Positions 37,828-47,642 of a DNA stretch of 61,169 nt are shown here, one piece after another. Source of the stretch: a virus (lineage: Duplodnaviria; Caudoviricetes). The notes beneath the pieces were generated by a model that saw only the letters and a list, made by a program, of their open reading frames with translations, was not told the origin of the DNA and made no database searches. Each line of letters opens with the position of its first letter. The first letter of the stretch is position 1. Made by a program: the position numbers and the translations under genes. Location: positions 1 through 61,169 of the IMG/VR virus record IMGVR_UViG_3300046758_000288. One strand, 5' to 3'.

Positions 37828-39882
37828 ATGAAAAGATTACTAAGCCCTTGGTGGGCATTATTAACACTAGGGGTATTAGTATATGCGTTTGCAAATCCTA
37901 ATAATTTTTTGCAAAGTATCAAACTAAATTACTTTGATCAACTGATTATTAATCAAGAACCAACGCAAAACAATATCTTTGTAGCAGAAATTGACGATGC
38001 TACTATAGACAAGTTTGGACAATATCCTTTTCCAAGACACATATACTCAAACATTATTATTGACTTATATGACAAAGGAGCAGGGCTAGTTGTATGGAAT
38101 ATAATGATGCCCGAAGCAGACCGATTAGGTGGTGACGCTGATCTTGCAACAACAATGAGTCAGCTACCAGTTATACTAGCAAGTCGTCCCAGCGACAAAA
38201 CAAAGAACGAACCTATAAATCCTGGGGCCGCAATATTACAAGCACAGTTTTTAGATCGCATATTACCATACGGCGGTATTATTGCAAATATTCCAGAACT
38301 TGAAAATAATAGTGTTGGGGCAGGAATCGTTTCAACTGAGCCGGAGATAGATGGTGTTGTAAGACGCATGCCAACTGTCGCTGTCGTAGACGGTACACTA
38401 TATCCTAGCCTAGCATTAGAAACTCTACGTGTTATTGCAGGCGATCCTAATTTCCAAATTAAACTTAATCAGTTTGGTATTGAAAAAATGCGTATACCAA
38501 ACTTTGGTCCAATACCTACTGACTCAGAAGGGCGTGTATGGATAGACTGGAGTCAACGTTCTAATCGTATAAGCGTAACTGACTTATATAAAGAAGATGG
38601 TATAATGTCATTTCAAGGTGCAATAGTAATAGTAGATGTTACAGCAACAGGTGTAGCAAACCCTGTTCCAACAGCAATAGGCGCACAATATGCAGGAACT
38701 ACACAAGCGGCTGTACTAGGTACAATGTTTAATGGTACAAATATACAGCGTCCTGATTGGGCACCTGATGCAGAACTGTTAGCACTAGCTATAGGTGGGT
38801 TATTGCTTATACTACTCAGCCGTTGGATGTGGTTAGGTCTTGTTACAACAGTTGTAATGATAGGCGGAGTTGTACCTTACAGCATATATGCGTACACAAC
38901 AGAAAAGTTTCTTTTAGATGTTACAGCACCTGTTATAGTATTTGTAATAATTGCATTGCAAGTATATGGTATCAAATTTGTACGAGAATTCTTAGAAAAG
39001 CAAGCAATAAAGAAACAGTTCGCAGGATACGCATCACCTACTGTAGTACGCTTATTACAGGAAAATCCGGCACTTATTAAAGACGGTATGAAACGAGAAG
39101 TAAGCATACTGTTCTCAGACTTGCGTGGCTTTACTCCACTAGGTGAATCATTTGGTGATGACGTAAAAGGACTTACCAAAATAATGAATGGCTATATGGA
39201 TGCGATTACACAACCGGTGCTAGACGCAGACGGAATGATAATCAAGTATATTGGTGATGCTAGTATGCACATACACAACGCACCTATAGATGATCCTCAT
39301 CATCCACGAACCGCAGTGGAGACAGGATTATTAATGTTAAAAGCGGTGGAGAAGTTTAATGATAAAATTACAGCAGAAGGACGACCACCTGTCGGTATGG
39401 GTGCGGGAATCAATACAGGACTGGGCTATCTTGGAGAAATGGGTAGCACCGCAAGACATTCGTACGATGTACTTGGAGACGCAGTCAGTACCGCCGCAAG
39501 AATCGAAAGCAAATGTAAAGAATACGGATGTCTACTCTTAGTTGGAGATGCAACTTATCAACAAACTAAAGACAACTTCTTTTACTTAAAGGTAGATGAC
39601 TTGCAAGTAAAAGGTAAAAGTGTAGGATTAAGTATATACACTGTACTTGATGTTAAAGGAACACACGCCCAAAAGAAAAGTCAAGAAATGCACGAGCGTA
39701 TGCACGATGCATATAGATCACAGAAGTTTGATGAAGCAATATATATTTGCGAAAGATTAAAACGTCATTTTGATGGCAAGATGGAAGGCTATTATGACAT
39801 GTGGATTGAACGTTGTGAGTTCCAAAAAACTCAAGATTTACCGTCTGATTGGAATGGTGTGTTTATTGCTACAAGTAAGTAG
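37828..39882 (+). CDS. CHASE2-domain class III adenylate cyclase
   Basis: CHASE2 (EIDD..GQYPFPR, EIDGVVRR, PSLALE), 3 TM, FSDLRGFT, KYIGDA, GINTG, YDVLGDAV, VKGK. Confidence 0.92.
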   Translation: MKRLLSPWWALLTLGVLVYAFANPNNFLQSIKLNYFDQLIINQEPTQNNIFVAEIDDATIDKFGQYPFPRHIYSNIIIDLYDKGAGLVVWNIMMPEADRLGGDADLATTMSQLPVILASRPSDKTKNEPINPGAAILQAQFLDRILPYGGIIANIPELENNSVGAGIVSTEPEIDGVVRRMPTVAVVDGTLYPSLALETLRVIAGDPNFQIKLNQFGIEKMRIPNFGPIPTDSEGRVWIDWSQRSNRISVTDLYKEDGIMSFQGAIVIVDVTATGVANPVPTAIGAQYAGTTQAAVLGTMFNGTNIQRPDWAPDAELLALAIGGLLLILLSRWMWLGLVTTVVMIGGVVPYSIYAYTTEKFLLDVTAPVIVFVIIALQVYGIKFVREFLEKQAIKKQFAGYASPTVVRLLQENPALIKDGMKREVSILFSDLRGFTPLGESFGDDVKGLTKIMNGYMDAITQPVLDADGMIIKYIGDASMHIHNAPIDDPHHPRTAVETGLLMLKAVEKFNDKITAEGRPPVGMGAGINTGLGYLGEMGSTARHSYDVLGDAVSTAARIESKCKEYGCLLLVGDATYQQTKDNFFYLKVDDLQVKGKSVGLSIYTVLDVKGTHAQKKSQEMHERMHDAYRSQKFDEAIYICERLKRHFDGKMEGYYDMWIERCEFQKTQDLPSDWNGVFIATSK

Positions 39883-40019
39883 TAGCAAGACACACAGTGG
39901 TTGCTAATAAACTTAGTATCAACGCACCAATACCAATACCACACACCCAATCACTATTGGCCCGTACCATTTCGCTAATAGTTTCCAAGGCACTGTTGAC
40001 CGGTGTGGGTAATTGTAAA

Positions 40020-40385
40020 TTACTTTTTTCCACTTTTATTCCCCGTAGAGTTGAAGGTGTCATTATCTAAATCAGTGTATTTTTGAACTATTTCTTCTAA
40101 CTCTTTTCGTTTCTCTTTGTTAAGTTTTGCTTCATTTTCTAAAACCATACTTAACTTGGTATTCATTCTTATCATGTCATTGTCTAACATACGCACACGA
40201 TCAACAAGTTTGATTAATGTACCCATTGTTTCTCCTATAACAGGATCAATTACAGTTGTTACCCATTGCCAGATAAAGTAGATAAAATAACCCATGCCTA
40301 TAGCGGCAATAATAGGAAATCCATAGTCACTTACCATTGAACCAATTGTGGTTCCTTGTTCTATAACTACTGTTGGATTTTCCAT
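40020..40385 (-). CDS. Small membrane protein (holin-like), paralog of 40386
   Basis: GFPIIAAIGMGYFIYFIW; DRVRMLDNDMIR. Confidence 0.7.
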   Translation of the reverse strand: MENPTVVIEQGTTIGSMVSDYGFPIIAAIGMGYFIYFIWQWVTTVIDPVIGETMGTLIKLVDRVRMLDNDMIRMNTKLSMVLENEAKLNKEKRKELEEIVQKYTDLDNDTFNSTGNKSGKK

Positions 40386-40670
40386 CTAGTCTCTCCTAGC
40401 ATCGTCTTTACCTTCATTGGCAGCGATTCTATCTACATTAGGTTTAATGTCTAAAGCATGGCTTAGGAGAGCATCAATTTTTACTAAATCATTATTCATA
40501 GTCTGTACTCGGTTGTCGAGTTGACCTATAATGTTTTTTAATGTTGTTACTGAGTCGGTTACACCTGCTAGGATAAATTTTAGGGTTAGAAAAACAAACC
40601 CACCTGCGGCTAGTGCTCCTGCTATAGGAAAACCGACTTCCCCAACAAGTGTTAGAAAGTCCATATTCAA
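40386..40670 (-). CDS. Small membrane protein (holin-like), paralog of 40020
   Basis: GFPIAGALAAGGFVF; NRVQTMNNDLVK. Confidence 0.7.
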   Translation of the reverse strand: MNMDFLTLVGEVGFPIAGALAAGGFVFLTLKFILAGVTDSVTTLKNIIGQLDNRVQTMNNDLVKIDALLSHALDIKPNVDRIAANEGKDDARRD

Positions 40671-40721
40671 ACGCCCTCACGCTTTGCTTATATAACAGTA
40701 TTTATGTTAGATAAATATTTT

Positions 40722-41300
40722 ATGAAGCACACTTATACATTTTTTTTCACAATATTATTCACTGGATGCAGTACATATCTACTTTCCGATCCTACTACAG
40801 AAGCCGCAACAATAGAAGTTAATAAAAATAATCCTTTAATACAAGCAAATGACTATTTAGGTTATCATGAAGATACGCACCGAGCTGAAATAGAAGAATT
40901 TACAGGAGTTGATCCTGTTTATACTCAATGGTGTGCGGCATTTGTAAATGCCGTACTAGAAGAAAGTAACTTAGCAAGTCTAAACACTCCCGGTGCTAGT
41001 CATTGTCAAAGTTGCAAGGAAAATTTACCACACCCTTATCCTTTGACTGCACGAAGTTTTTTGCACTACGGTATTTCTATATCTAAAGAAGATGTAATGC
41101 CCGGCGACCTAGTTATATTTCCTAGAGGTAATGAAGTATGGAAGGGACATGTTGGATTTTATTTACGTACAGTAGAAGTAAACGGAGTTGAATACTATTG
41201 GATACTAGGTGGAAATCAAAGTAACAAAGTTAGTGTAGTATTATATAGATCTTCAAAAGCCTTAGGTATTAGACGCCCAGTAAAATTAATTAATGGTTGA
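40722..41300 (+). CDS. NlpC/P60-CHAP-type peptidoglycan hydrolase (TIGR02594-like)
   Basis: WCAAFVNAVL, ARSF, GHVGF, LGGNQSNKV; possible lipobox FTGC. Confidence 0.85.
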   Translation: MKHTYTFFFTILFTGCSTYLLSDPTTEAATIEVNKNNPLIQANDYLGYHEDTHRAEIEEFTGVDPVYTQWCAAFVNAVLEESNLASLNTPGASHCQSCKENLPHPYPLTARSFLHYGISISKEDVMPGDLVIFPRGNEVWKGHVGFYLRTVEVNGVEYYWILGGNQSNKVSVVLYRSSKALGIRRPVKLING

Positions 41301-41351
41301 CATATCTCTAAAAAGGTGTTAGTATATACATATTGACTAAGGAGAATATAT

Positions 41352-41900
41352 ATGATCGAAGGTTTTAAGTTACCTCAGGTAACATTTAAAACACGGGTCC
41401 GAGATGATAGTATTGACGGCCCAAACCCTTTCCGTTGGGAAGACAAAACTACTGATGATTATTTTAAAGGAAAACGAGTAGTACTTTTCAGTTTACCAGG
41501 TGCATTTACACCTACCTGCTCAACATATCAATTACCAGGTTTTGAAGAAAACTACAATAAGATTAAATCTTTTGGAGTTGACGAAATCTATTGTATGAGT
41601 GTTAATGATGCATTTGTTATGAATGCATGGGCAAAAGCACAGTGTATTGAACGTGTGAAAGTTATTCCAGATGGCTCAGGAAACTTTACAAGATTCATGG
41701 GTATGCTTATTGGTAAAAACCATTTAGGCTTTGGTTTACGCAGTTGGCGATACATGGCAATTATCAACGATGGTGTTGTAGAGAAATGGTGGCAAGAGCC
41801 AGGCATCAACAACGATGGGGTTGACGATGATCCGTATGTGGCATCAACACCTGAAAACTGTATTACATATTTAGATAACGAAGAAATAACAATTGACTAG
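41352..41900 (+). CDS. Peroxiredoxin (Prx5-like)
   Basis: PGAFTPTCS, SVNDAFVMNAW, DGSG, RSWRY; sigma70 promoter at 41297. Confidence 0.93.
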   Translation: MIEGFKLPQVTFKTRVRDDSIDGPNPFRWEDKTTDDYFKGKRVVLFSLPGAFTPTCSTYQLPGFEENYNKIKSFGVDEIYCMSVNDAFVMNAWAKAQCIERVKVIPDGSGNFTRFMGMLIGKNHLGFGLRSWRYMAIINDGVVEKWWQEPGINNDGVDDDPYVASTPENCITYLDNEEITID

Positions 41901-42435
41901 TTATCGGTATTATGATTGGAGTGCGCTCATTAACAATGACTCAAGAGAGCATTGTGCTAGAGACATTAAGGATACTGTTGCTCAAGGTAGATTTTGGCAT
42001 AACAGTCCTCCCTATCAGACTAACATAAACATTTTTACTTTGCCAGGACAGCACTGGACTAATTTAAAAATGAGTTTTATTTGGAGTTGTTTTGCATATA
42101 TGCAAAAAGAAGTTCAAATACGAGCTGTTAAGAGCTGGGGATATATGACATCACTTCAACGTGCTGAAAATAGAGATAAACTTTGGCACAATCATATACG
42201 TCCTGATGCACAAGTGTTAAGTGGTGTATTCTACTTGTATATGCCACCTAACATTAACTTGGATACAGCAGGAACAGAATTTGCACCTAACGGTGTAAAT
42301 GATCCAGATAGTTTTCACTTTGCACCTGCAAAGATAGGACACTGGATAATATGGCCGGGTAAGGAATGGCACCGCCCGGGTATCTTACAATCAGAAAAAG
42401 ATCGGTTCATTGTGGCAGCCGATATGGAGTATTAA
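41893..42435 (+). CDS. 2OG-Fe(II) oxygenase-like protein
   Basis: WHNH, SGVFYL, GTEF, WHRP, R. Confidence 0.65.
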   Translation: MTSYRYYDWSALINNDSREHCARDIKDTVAQGRFWHNSPPYQTNINIFTLPGQHWTNLKMSFIWSCFAYMQKEVQIRAVKSWGYMTSLQRAENRDKLWHNHIRPDAQVLSGVFYLYMPPNINLDTAGTEFAPNGVNDPDSFHFAPAKIGHWIIWPGKEWHRPGILQSEKDRFIVAADMEY

Positions 42436-42436
42436 A

Positions 42437-43168
42437 ATGGCAACAACTGAAGAAAAAACAGAACTAGTAGAAACTCTCAAAGGTCCTCGCTTTTATCGAC
42501 TTTCAGTAAATGGGTACGGCGGCGAAGGTGCATACATTAATATTTCAAAAGAAGCACACGACTTTTGGAACAACCATATTGATGAAAATGGTGATGGAGA
42601 CTTTGTACAGTATCTAGTAAACGATGATCCTGATGATATTGAATACGAAGATCTCGACGAAGTTCCGCCAGAAGCAGATTTCTTAAAAGTAAAAGGCGAA
42701 GACTACAAACAACAGTGGTTTGAAGCAGAGGATGAGTTTTGTCACCAGTACGGTGTTGAATACGGAAGTGCTTGGTTGACTGTTGACGAAGTTGCTTCGG
42801 ACGATTATTCAGCGGCACATATTGCTGACGTTATCGAAAGTAAAAATGTTTCTGAGCTAATTGATGAAATTGGTGAAGAAACAGACTGGGAAGTTGAATT
42901 ACAAGATAGTACCGAAGACGACTGGTATGAGAAACAAGGTGACTATGTATGTCAAATGTATTCGAGTGAAAAAGGTTCTTTTATTGATGCTGTAATCGAA
43001 ACAGTAGGCGACTTTGATCCTAAAAAACTAAAGTTTTATATTACTGAATATCCAAACGGTGAAGACATTATCGATAGTATATCTTACGACGGCGAAGAAT
43101 TAGAAAACAACGGCGGTGATACTAACGGTAAAGGATACTATGGACATGTTTGGAGCAATGTAGAGTAA
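42437..43168 (+). CDS. Acidic hypothetical protein
   Basis: GYGGE, SSEKG; GGAG RBS. Confidence 0.7.
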   Translation: MATTEEKTELVETLKGPRFYRLSVNGYGGEGAYINISKEAHDFWNNHIDENGDGDFVQYLVNDDPDDIEYEDLDEVPPEADFLKVKGEDYKQQWFEAEDEFCHQYGVEYGSAWLTVDEVASDDYSAAHIADVIESKNVSELIDEIGEETDWEVELQDSTEDDWYEKQGDYVCQMYSSEKGSFIDAVIETVGDFDPKKLKFYITEYPNGEDIIDSISYDGEELENNGGDTNGKGYYGHVWSNVE

Positions 43169-43175
43169 ATACAAT

Positions 43176-43367
43176 ATGGATGATAAACCACTAATTTTTA
43201 AAGCAGAAGAAATCTTCACAGATATACCCGGTGATGACAAAAACATCAATATGAAAATACCTGATGAAATAATGGAGTCACAAGGATGGAAACCAGGCGA
43301 TACTATTAAAGTAGAGATCGGAGACCAGGGTACTATCATTATAACTAAAGTAGACGAAAAGGAGTAA
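43176..43367 (+). CDS. AbrB/MazE-like small DNA-binding protein
   Basis: [17 protein letters not shown]. Confidence 0.65.
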   Translation: MDDKPLIFKAEEIFTDIPGDDKNINMKIPDEIMESQGWKPGDTIKVEIGDQGTIIITKVDEKE

Positions 43368-43369
43368 CA

Positions 43370-43588
43370 TTGGCAAAGAATTCAGACTTACTAGAAGTCG
43401 AAGGTATAATAGTAGACGTTTTACCTAATCAAATGTTCAAAGTAAAGATACATAATGAACATATCATAACTTGTTATACAGGTGGCAAAATGCGCCAGTT
43501 TAGAATTAGACTAATATTAGGCGACAAAGTACGAATAGAAATGACACCATATGATCTCACAAAAGGACGTATAACATATAGACTTTAA
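43370..43588 (+). CDS. infA: Translation initiation factor IF-1
   Basis: [38 protein letters not shown]. Confidence 0.95.
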   Translation: MAKNSDLLEVEGIIVDVLPNQMFKVKIHNEHIITCYTGGKMRQFRIRLILGDKVRIEMTPYDLTKGRITYRL

Positions 43589-43684
43589 TTTGTAAGTCAT
43601 TGATTTTGCTAATCTTTTAGTTCTTGACAATCTTGCCTTTTGAGTGTATTATATACATATACACTAAAAAAGCAGAGGCACAAT

Positions 43685-44158
43685 ATGAACATTACTATTA
43701 AAGGCGGTTCAGCAACACAAAAGAAATACACAAAAAGTATCGTAGAATTTTGTGTGAAAAAAATGATGCCTCGCATGAATGACTTAGATATCATTATACG
43801 ATTAAAAAATATCAAAGAAAATGCATACGGATATTGTCATGCTGATCCCGAAGGTGGCGCAGAGAGACTAGATCGTCCTCGTGAATTTGAGTTAGAAATC
43901 CACAACAAAATGAAGTTACGTAAGTTATTACTAACTGTTGCACACGAAATGGTACATGTAAAGCAATATGCTCGTGGCGAGTTGTATCAAGGTACACGCA
44001 TAGCTAAACATCGCTGGCAGGGTAAGTGGGTAAGTAATAATTTAGATTATTGGGATCAGCCGTGGGAAATTGAAGCGGCAGGTCGCGAAGTAGGATTATT
44101 TGTACAGTGGGCAGAAAAGAATAAAATTGGCCACTTGAAATGGACTCATGACGAATAA
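43685..44158 (+). CDS. Zinc metallopeptidase-like (HExxH) protein
   Basis: AHEMVHVKQY, PWEIEA; sigma70 promoter at 43624. Confidence 0.75.
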   Translation: MNITIKGGSATQKKYTKSIVEFCVKKMMPRMNDLDIIIRLKNIKENAYGYCHADPEGGAERLDRPREFELEIHNKMKLRKLLLTVAHEMVHVKQYARGELYQGTRIAKHRWQGKWVSNNLDYWDQPWEIEAAGREVGLFVQWAEKNKIGHLKWTHDE

Positions 44159-44235
44159 TTTAAAAAAGTGGTTGACACTTAACTTAAAGTAGTGTATAGT
44201 ATAACTATAATGAACTTAAGGCTTAGGAGGCACTT

Positions 44236-44757
44236 ATGAAAAGGCAACTAATACTAGCAACAATCGGAGCAATCGCACTTAGTGGTTGTTCATCAATGAA
44301 CCCATGGTCTGCCAATAGAATGGTAGAACTTGATAAAATTGAAGCAGAAGACGGCTTCAAAGTACCTAAGTATATTACTGAACCACAAGACGATGATATT
44401 GGTGTAGGCATTGGTAGAGCTACCGATCCAGAAGCAAGTATCAACATGGCAACTCACTATGCTATTGTAGACTTGTGTCGTAAACTTTCACAAGAAGCAA
44501 AAAGTAAGACTAGATCTACTGCAACACAAAACTCTAAAGGTGGTAGTAGTTTAACATCAGTTACTGGTGCGATTGTGTCTGAAACATCTTGTTCAGCTAG
44601 AGTAGGTACACCTAAAGAACTTAACAAAGATATGTTTCAAAAAGGTAACGAGTTTGTTACATTTGTAAGACTTGAATCGTCTAATGTTGAGCAAAGCCTA
44701 ACTAACCAGTTTAGTTCCGCTGACCAAAATATTGCTGACTCTTTGGATGTAAACTAA
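44236..44757 (+). CDS. Lipoprotein
   Basis: LSGC lipobox; sigma70 promoter at 44172. Confidence 0.75.
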   Translation: MKRQLILATIGAIALSGCSSMNPWSANRMVELDKIEAEDGFKVPKYITEPQDDDIGVGIGRATDPEASINMATHYAIVDLCRKLSQEAKSKTRSTATQNSKGGSSLTSVTGAIVSETSCSARVGTPKELNKDMFQKGNEFVTFVRLESSNVEQSLTNQFSSADQNIADSLDVN

Positions 44758-44960
44758 TGTTTGGTCAAGGAGTCGCAACAGGATTCTTTATCGCGGTAAT
44801 CGGTTTGCTTTTTTTAGCACCCGAGAGTGAAGAAAAAATCGTTGAGGTACTACCAGAAGAGTACTTTATGGAAACAAACATTCAAGACACTGTATGTATG
44901 GGTCCATTTCGTACTGAGGTAGTTGGCAGTCACATACAAAGTAGACGAATCACAAATTAA
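44757..44960 (+). CDS. Small membrane protein
   Basis: TAATG coupling, N-terminal TM. Confidence 0.55.
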   Translation: MFGQGVATGFFIAVIGLLFLAPESEEKIVEVLPEEYFMETNIQDTVCMGPFRTEVVGSHIQSRRITN

Positions 44961-45050
44961 AGGTTGACATCTACCTTAAAGATGTTATATTAAAAGTACA
45001 GCTGAAAATAGAAGTAGGCTAATGTTGAAATTAAGTAAACGGAGTACAAC

Positions 45051-46214
45051 ATGATAAAGACGAAAGTCAACAAGAAACAAGCCATTCGAGCATTTGTTTC
45101 AAAATTCAAAACTCAATTTGATATGAAGGATGATGCTATTGATCTACGGACAATGGCTGATAACTATGACAACGGTATTATTCCGTTAGAGGATATTCAT
45201 CAAGCAATTCTAACAGTACTAGGTCCTAACTTTGAACCACAGGCGTTTGATTACGATCCGAGTGACGGAGTAGAAATTGTAATGGGCAACGGAACAGCCC
45301 GAAATCCAAAATTCACATACATTGATTGGAGCCAGGCATATCTTTGGCCTATCTTCCAACGTGATGTAGCACCAAATCACACTAGCAAAATTTATTCAGA
45401 TTTTGATCCTACATGTGTAATTGTACCTTGTGCAATTAAATTTACAATTAAAGGCAAAGAATATTATTGTATCTGGGACGGACACCATACTATCCAAGTA
45501 TGCCGCTTAAAAGGATATAATAAGTTTCCTGTATGGTTTATTGATACAGATATTATTGAAGACGATGCTATTGCAAAAGCAGGGTTTGATCCTAAAACAG
45601 AACGAATTGAATACGGTTGTTGGCTTGCAGGGCACAACATGATCCGTATTAACTCTAAGAACAAGCGTAAACTTTCTCCGTATGATGAGTTTATGATCAA
45701 ACTAGAAACTCGTGATGCAGACGCTGTTGCTATGATGAACATTTTACGCAAAAGCAACTGTACGCCTAAGCGTCATGCAACTATGGCAGGTGCGTTTACA
45801 CAGATTAAAAGTGGGCAAGAGTGTTTTGAACTTGCTGACACATATGGCAACAAAGGACAGTATTGGGATCGTGCATTAAACTTCCATCGCACAGTATGGC
45901 CTAAGGCTCCGCTAGAGTTGGAGGTGTTTCGTCCGTTAAGTATCTTGTATCACAAAGCGGCAACACAAGGACTTGCATTAGATGCTAACTTTGATAAAGA
46001 GCTAGAATCATTGTTAGTTGATACATACGGCGATCCAACAACTGTACAAGAAACTATCAAGGAAAGCTACTGGGATGCCTACTACAATAGCAAAGGCACA
46101 GGCCGTCCTGCAGAACACGACAAGACTCGTGTTGTTGACGGGTTAGTTAACTTGTACAATCAAAAAGTTAATCGTGCTACACTTCCGCCGGCAGACTATG
46201 TTTGGAAAGTATAA
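45051..46214 (+). CDS. ParB/Srx-like N-terminal domain protein
   Basis: FQRDV..H, IWDGHHT; sigma70 promoter at 44964. Confidence 0.6.
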   Translation: MIKTKVNKKQAIRAFVSKFKTQFDMKDDAIDLRTMADNYDNGIIPLEDIHQAILTVLGPNFEPQAFDYDPSDGVEIVMGNGTARNPKFTYIDWSQAYLWPIFQRDVAPNHTSKIYSDFDPTCVIVPCAIKFTIKGKEYYCIWDGHHTIQVCRLKGYNKFPVWFIDTDIIEDDAIAKAGFDPKTERIEYGCWLAGHNMIRINSKNKRKLSPYDEFMIKLETRDADAVAMMNILRKSNCTPKRHATMAGAFTQIKSGQECFELADTYGNKGQYWDRALNFHRTVWPKAPLELEVFRPLSILYHKAATQGLALDANFDKELESLLVDTYGDPTTVQETIKESYWDAYYNSKGTGRPAEHDKTRVVDGLVNLYNQKVNRATLPPADYVWKV

Positions 46215-46603
46215 TGCATTTACTATACATCTTCCAAGATCCGCTTGGCGCAGATGATAGCAAAGCAGGTAAAACAAGTCACCCAGATGTACGTTTGGGT
46301 GTCTATCAAAACAGTTACTCTGCTCGCAGTCATTTAGCACAATTTGACTATGCGTTTTATGGTTCAAAGAAAGCTGTGGATAACTTAGAAAAAGCAATCA
46401 AAACAGACTTTGACTGGGATATTGAACAAGACGGACGAGGCTTTTCGGAATGGATCGGGCATCATACTAGTGCGCAAGTACTTGAAAAAGTTGAGGATAT
46501 CATTGATGGATATCGTTCTAAAGTAACTAAAGTACCAGATGAGTTCTTACCGTTAAACATCAATAACTTACAAGCATTTAAAGAATGGTTGACAAATCAG
46601 TAG
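46214..46603 (+). CDS. GIY-YIG/T5orf172-like protein
   Basis: LYIF, KAGKT..RLGVYQ, LEKAIK, SEW. Confidence 0.55.
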   Translation: MHLLYIFQDPLGADDSKAGKTSHPDVRLGVYQNSYSARSHLAQFDYAFYGSKKAVDNLEKAIKTDFDWDIEQDGRGFSEWIGHHTSAQVLEKVEDIIDGYRSKVTKVPDEFLPLNINNLQAFKEWLTNQ

Positions 46604-46651
46604 TAGATGCTATAATAGTTATAATAATTAGGCAAATGAGAGGCACAGAAT

Positions 46652-47392
46652 ATGACAACAACAATTTATAATCCAATTGGTTGGGCAAATAGAGTAAACA
46701 AGGATATAGTTCCTTTGAAAACAGTATCTACACAAGAAGCACTTGCAGTGGCTTGCGCCGCACAACGTATCAATGGTGGCTACATCAAGGACACCAGACG
46801 CTTTTCAGAGCCCGATAATAAAACACAATTTAGTAACAAAGACATTGTAAAGTTTGCATATCACGGTGACCCTGATTACTTGCCTATGGACTATGTGGCT
46901 CCTATTCCAACAGAAGAGGACTATGAGCAAGTTGCTGAAATACAAAAGTGGATGCGTCGATATGTAATGCTAGGACTTGCTGACTTAGACGGCTTCAAAC
47001 GTGATATGATTAACAGCGTATCAGCAGATGTTGTGCCAGTAAACAACCTAGGCCGTGTTGCGTTTATACCTGAGTTTGTAAAACGTGATCAGCATGAAAC
47101 AGGACTTACAAAAGAGATTCGTGTAGAGTATCGTGACAGTCAATACCTAGGCAAAGAGAAAGATGTTGTTGAAGGTGTTATTAAGATACTAGACAAGCGT
47201 TACAGCACACAGTGGGAGAGCTATAACTACACAGCAGTTATGGACGGCAACCTTTTGTCGTTTATGAACAAGTTCGAACACGAAGTAGGTACTATGAAAC
47301 GTATCAAAGCAAAAGTAAAAGCACAAGGCAAGAATAAACTGTTTAGTGCAAACGAAACACGTCTTAACTACGTAAAACTATATAAGGTGTAA
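46652..47392 (+). CDS. Hypothetical protein, C-terminal OB-fold-like
   Basis: sigma70 promoter at 46589; ends ETRLNYVK. Confidence 0.65.
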   Translation: MTTTIYNPIGWANRVNKDIVPLKTVSTQEALAVACAAQRINGGYIKDTRRFSEPDNKTQFSNKDIVKFAYHGDPDYLPMDYVAPIPTEEDYEQVAEIQKWMRRYVMLGLADLDGFKRDMINSVSADVVPVNNLGRVAFIPEFVKRDQHETGLTKEIRVEYRDSQYLGKEKDVVEGVIKILDKRYSTQWESYNYTAVMDGNLLSFMNKFEHEVGTMKRIKAKVKAQGKNKLFSANETRLNYVKLYKV

Positions 47393-47393
47393 C

Positions 47394-47642
47394 ATGGCTA
47401 AGTTCAAACAATCATATTTCAAACCTGACTTTGACTTTGCACGTGATCTATTTGAAGGTCTAACGTGGAAAGAACCTAACTCAAAAGGCACAGGTACATA
47501 TGACATCACACTAGAGCCTAAAGGCTTTACTTGTGACTGTCCCGGCTTTACCTTTCGTGGTAAATGTAAACACACCTTAAACGTAAACAATCGAATCAAG
47601 GAGGCTGTACATGGCCAAGTCCCCGAATACTACACCCTTTAA
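47394..47642 (+). CDS. SWIM zinc-finger protein
   Basis: FTCDCPGFTFRGKCKH. Confidence 0.8.
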   Translation: MAKFKQSYFKPDFDFARDLFEGLTWKEPNSKGTGTYDITLEPKGFTCDCPGFTFRGKCKHTLNVNNRIKEAVHGQVPEYYTL

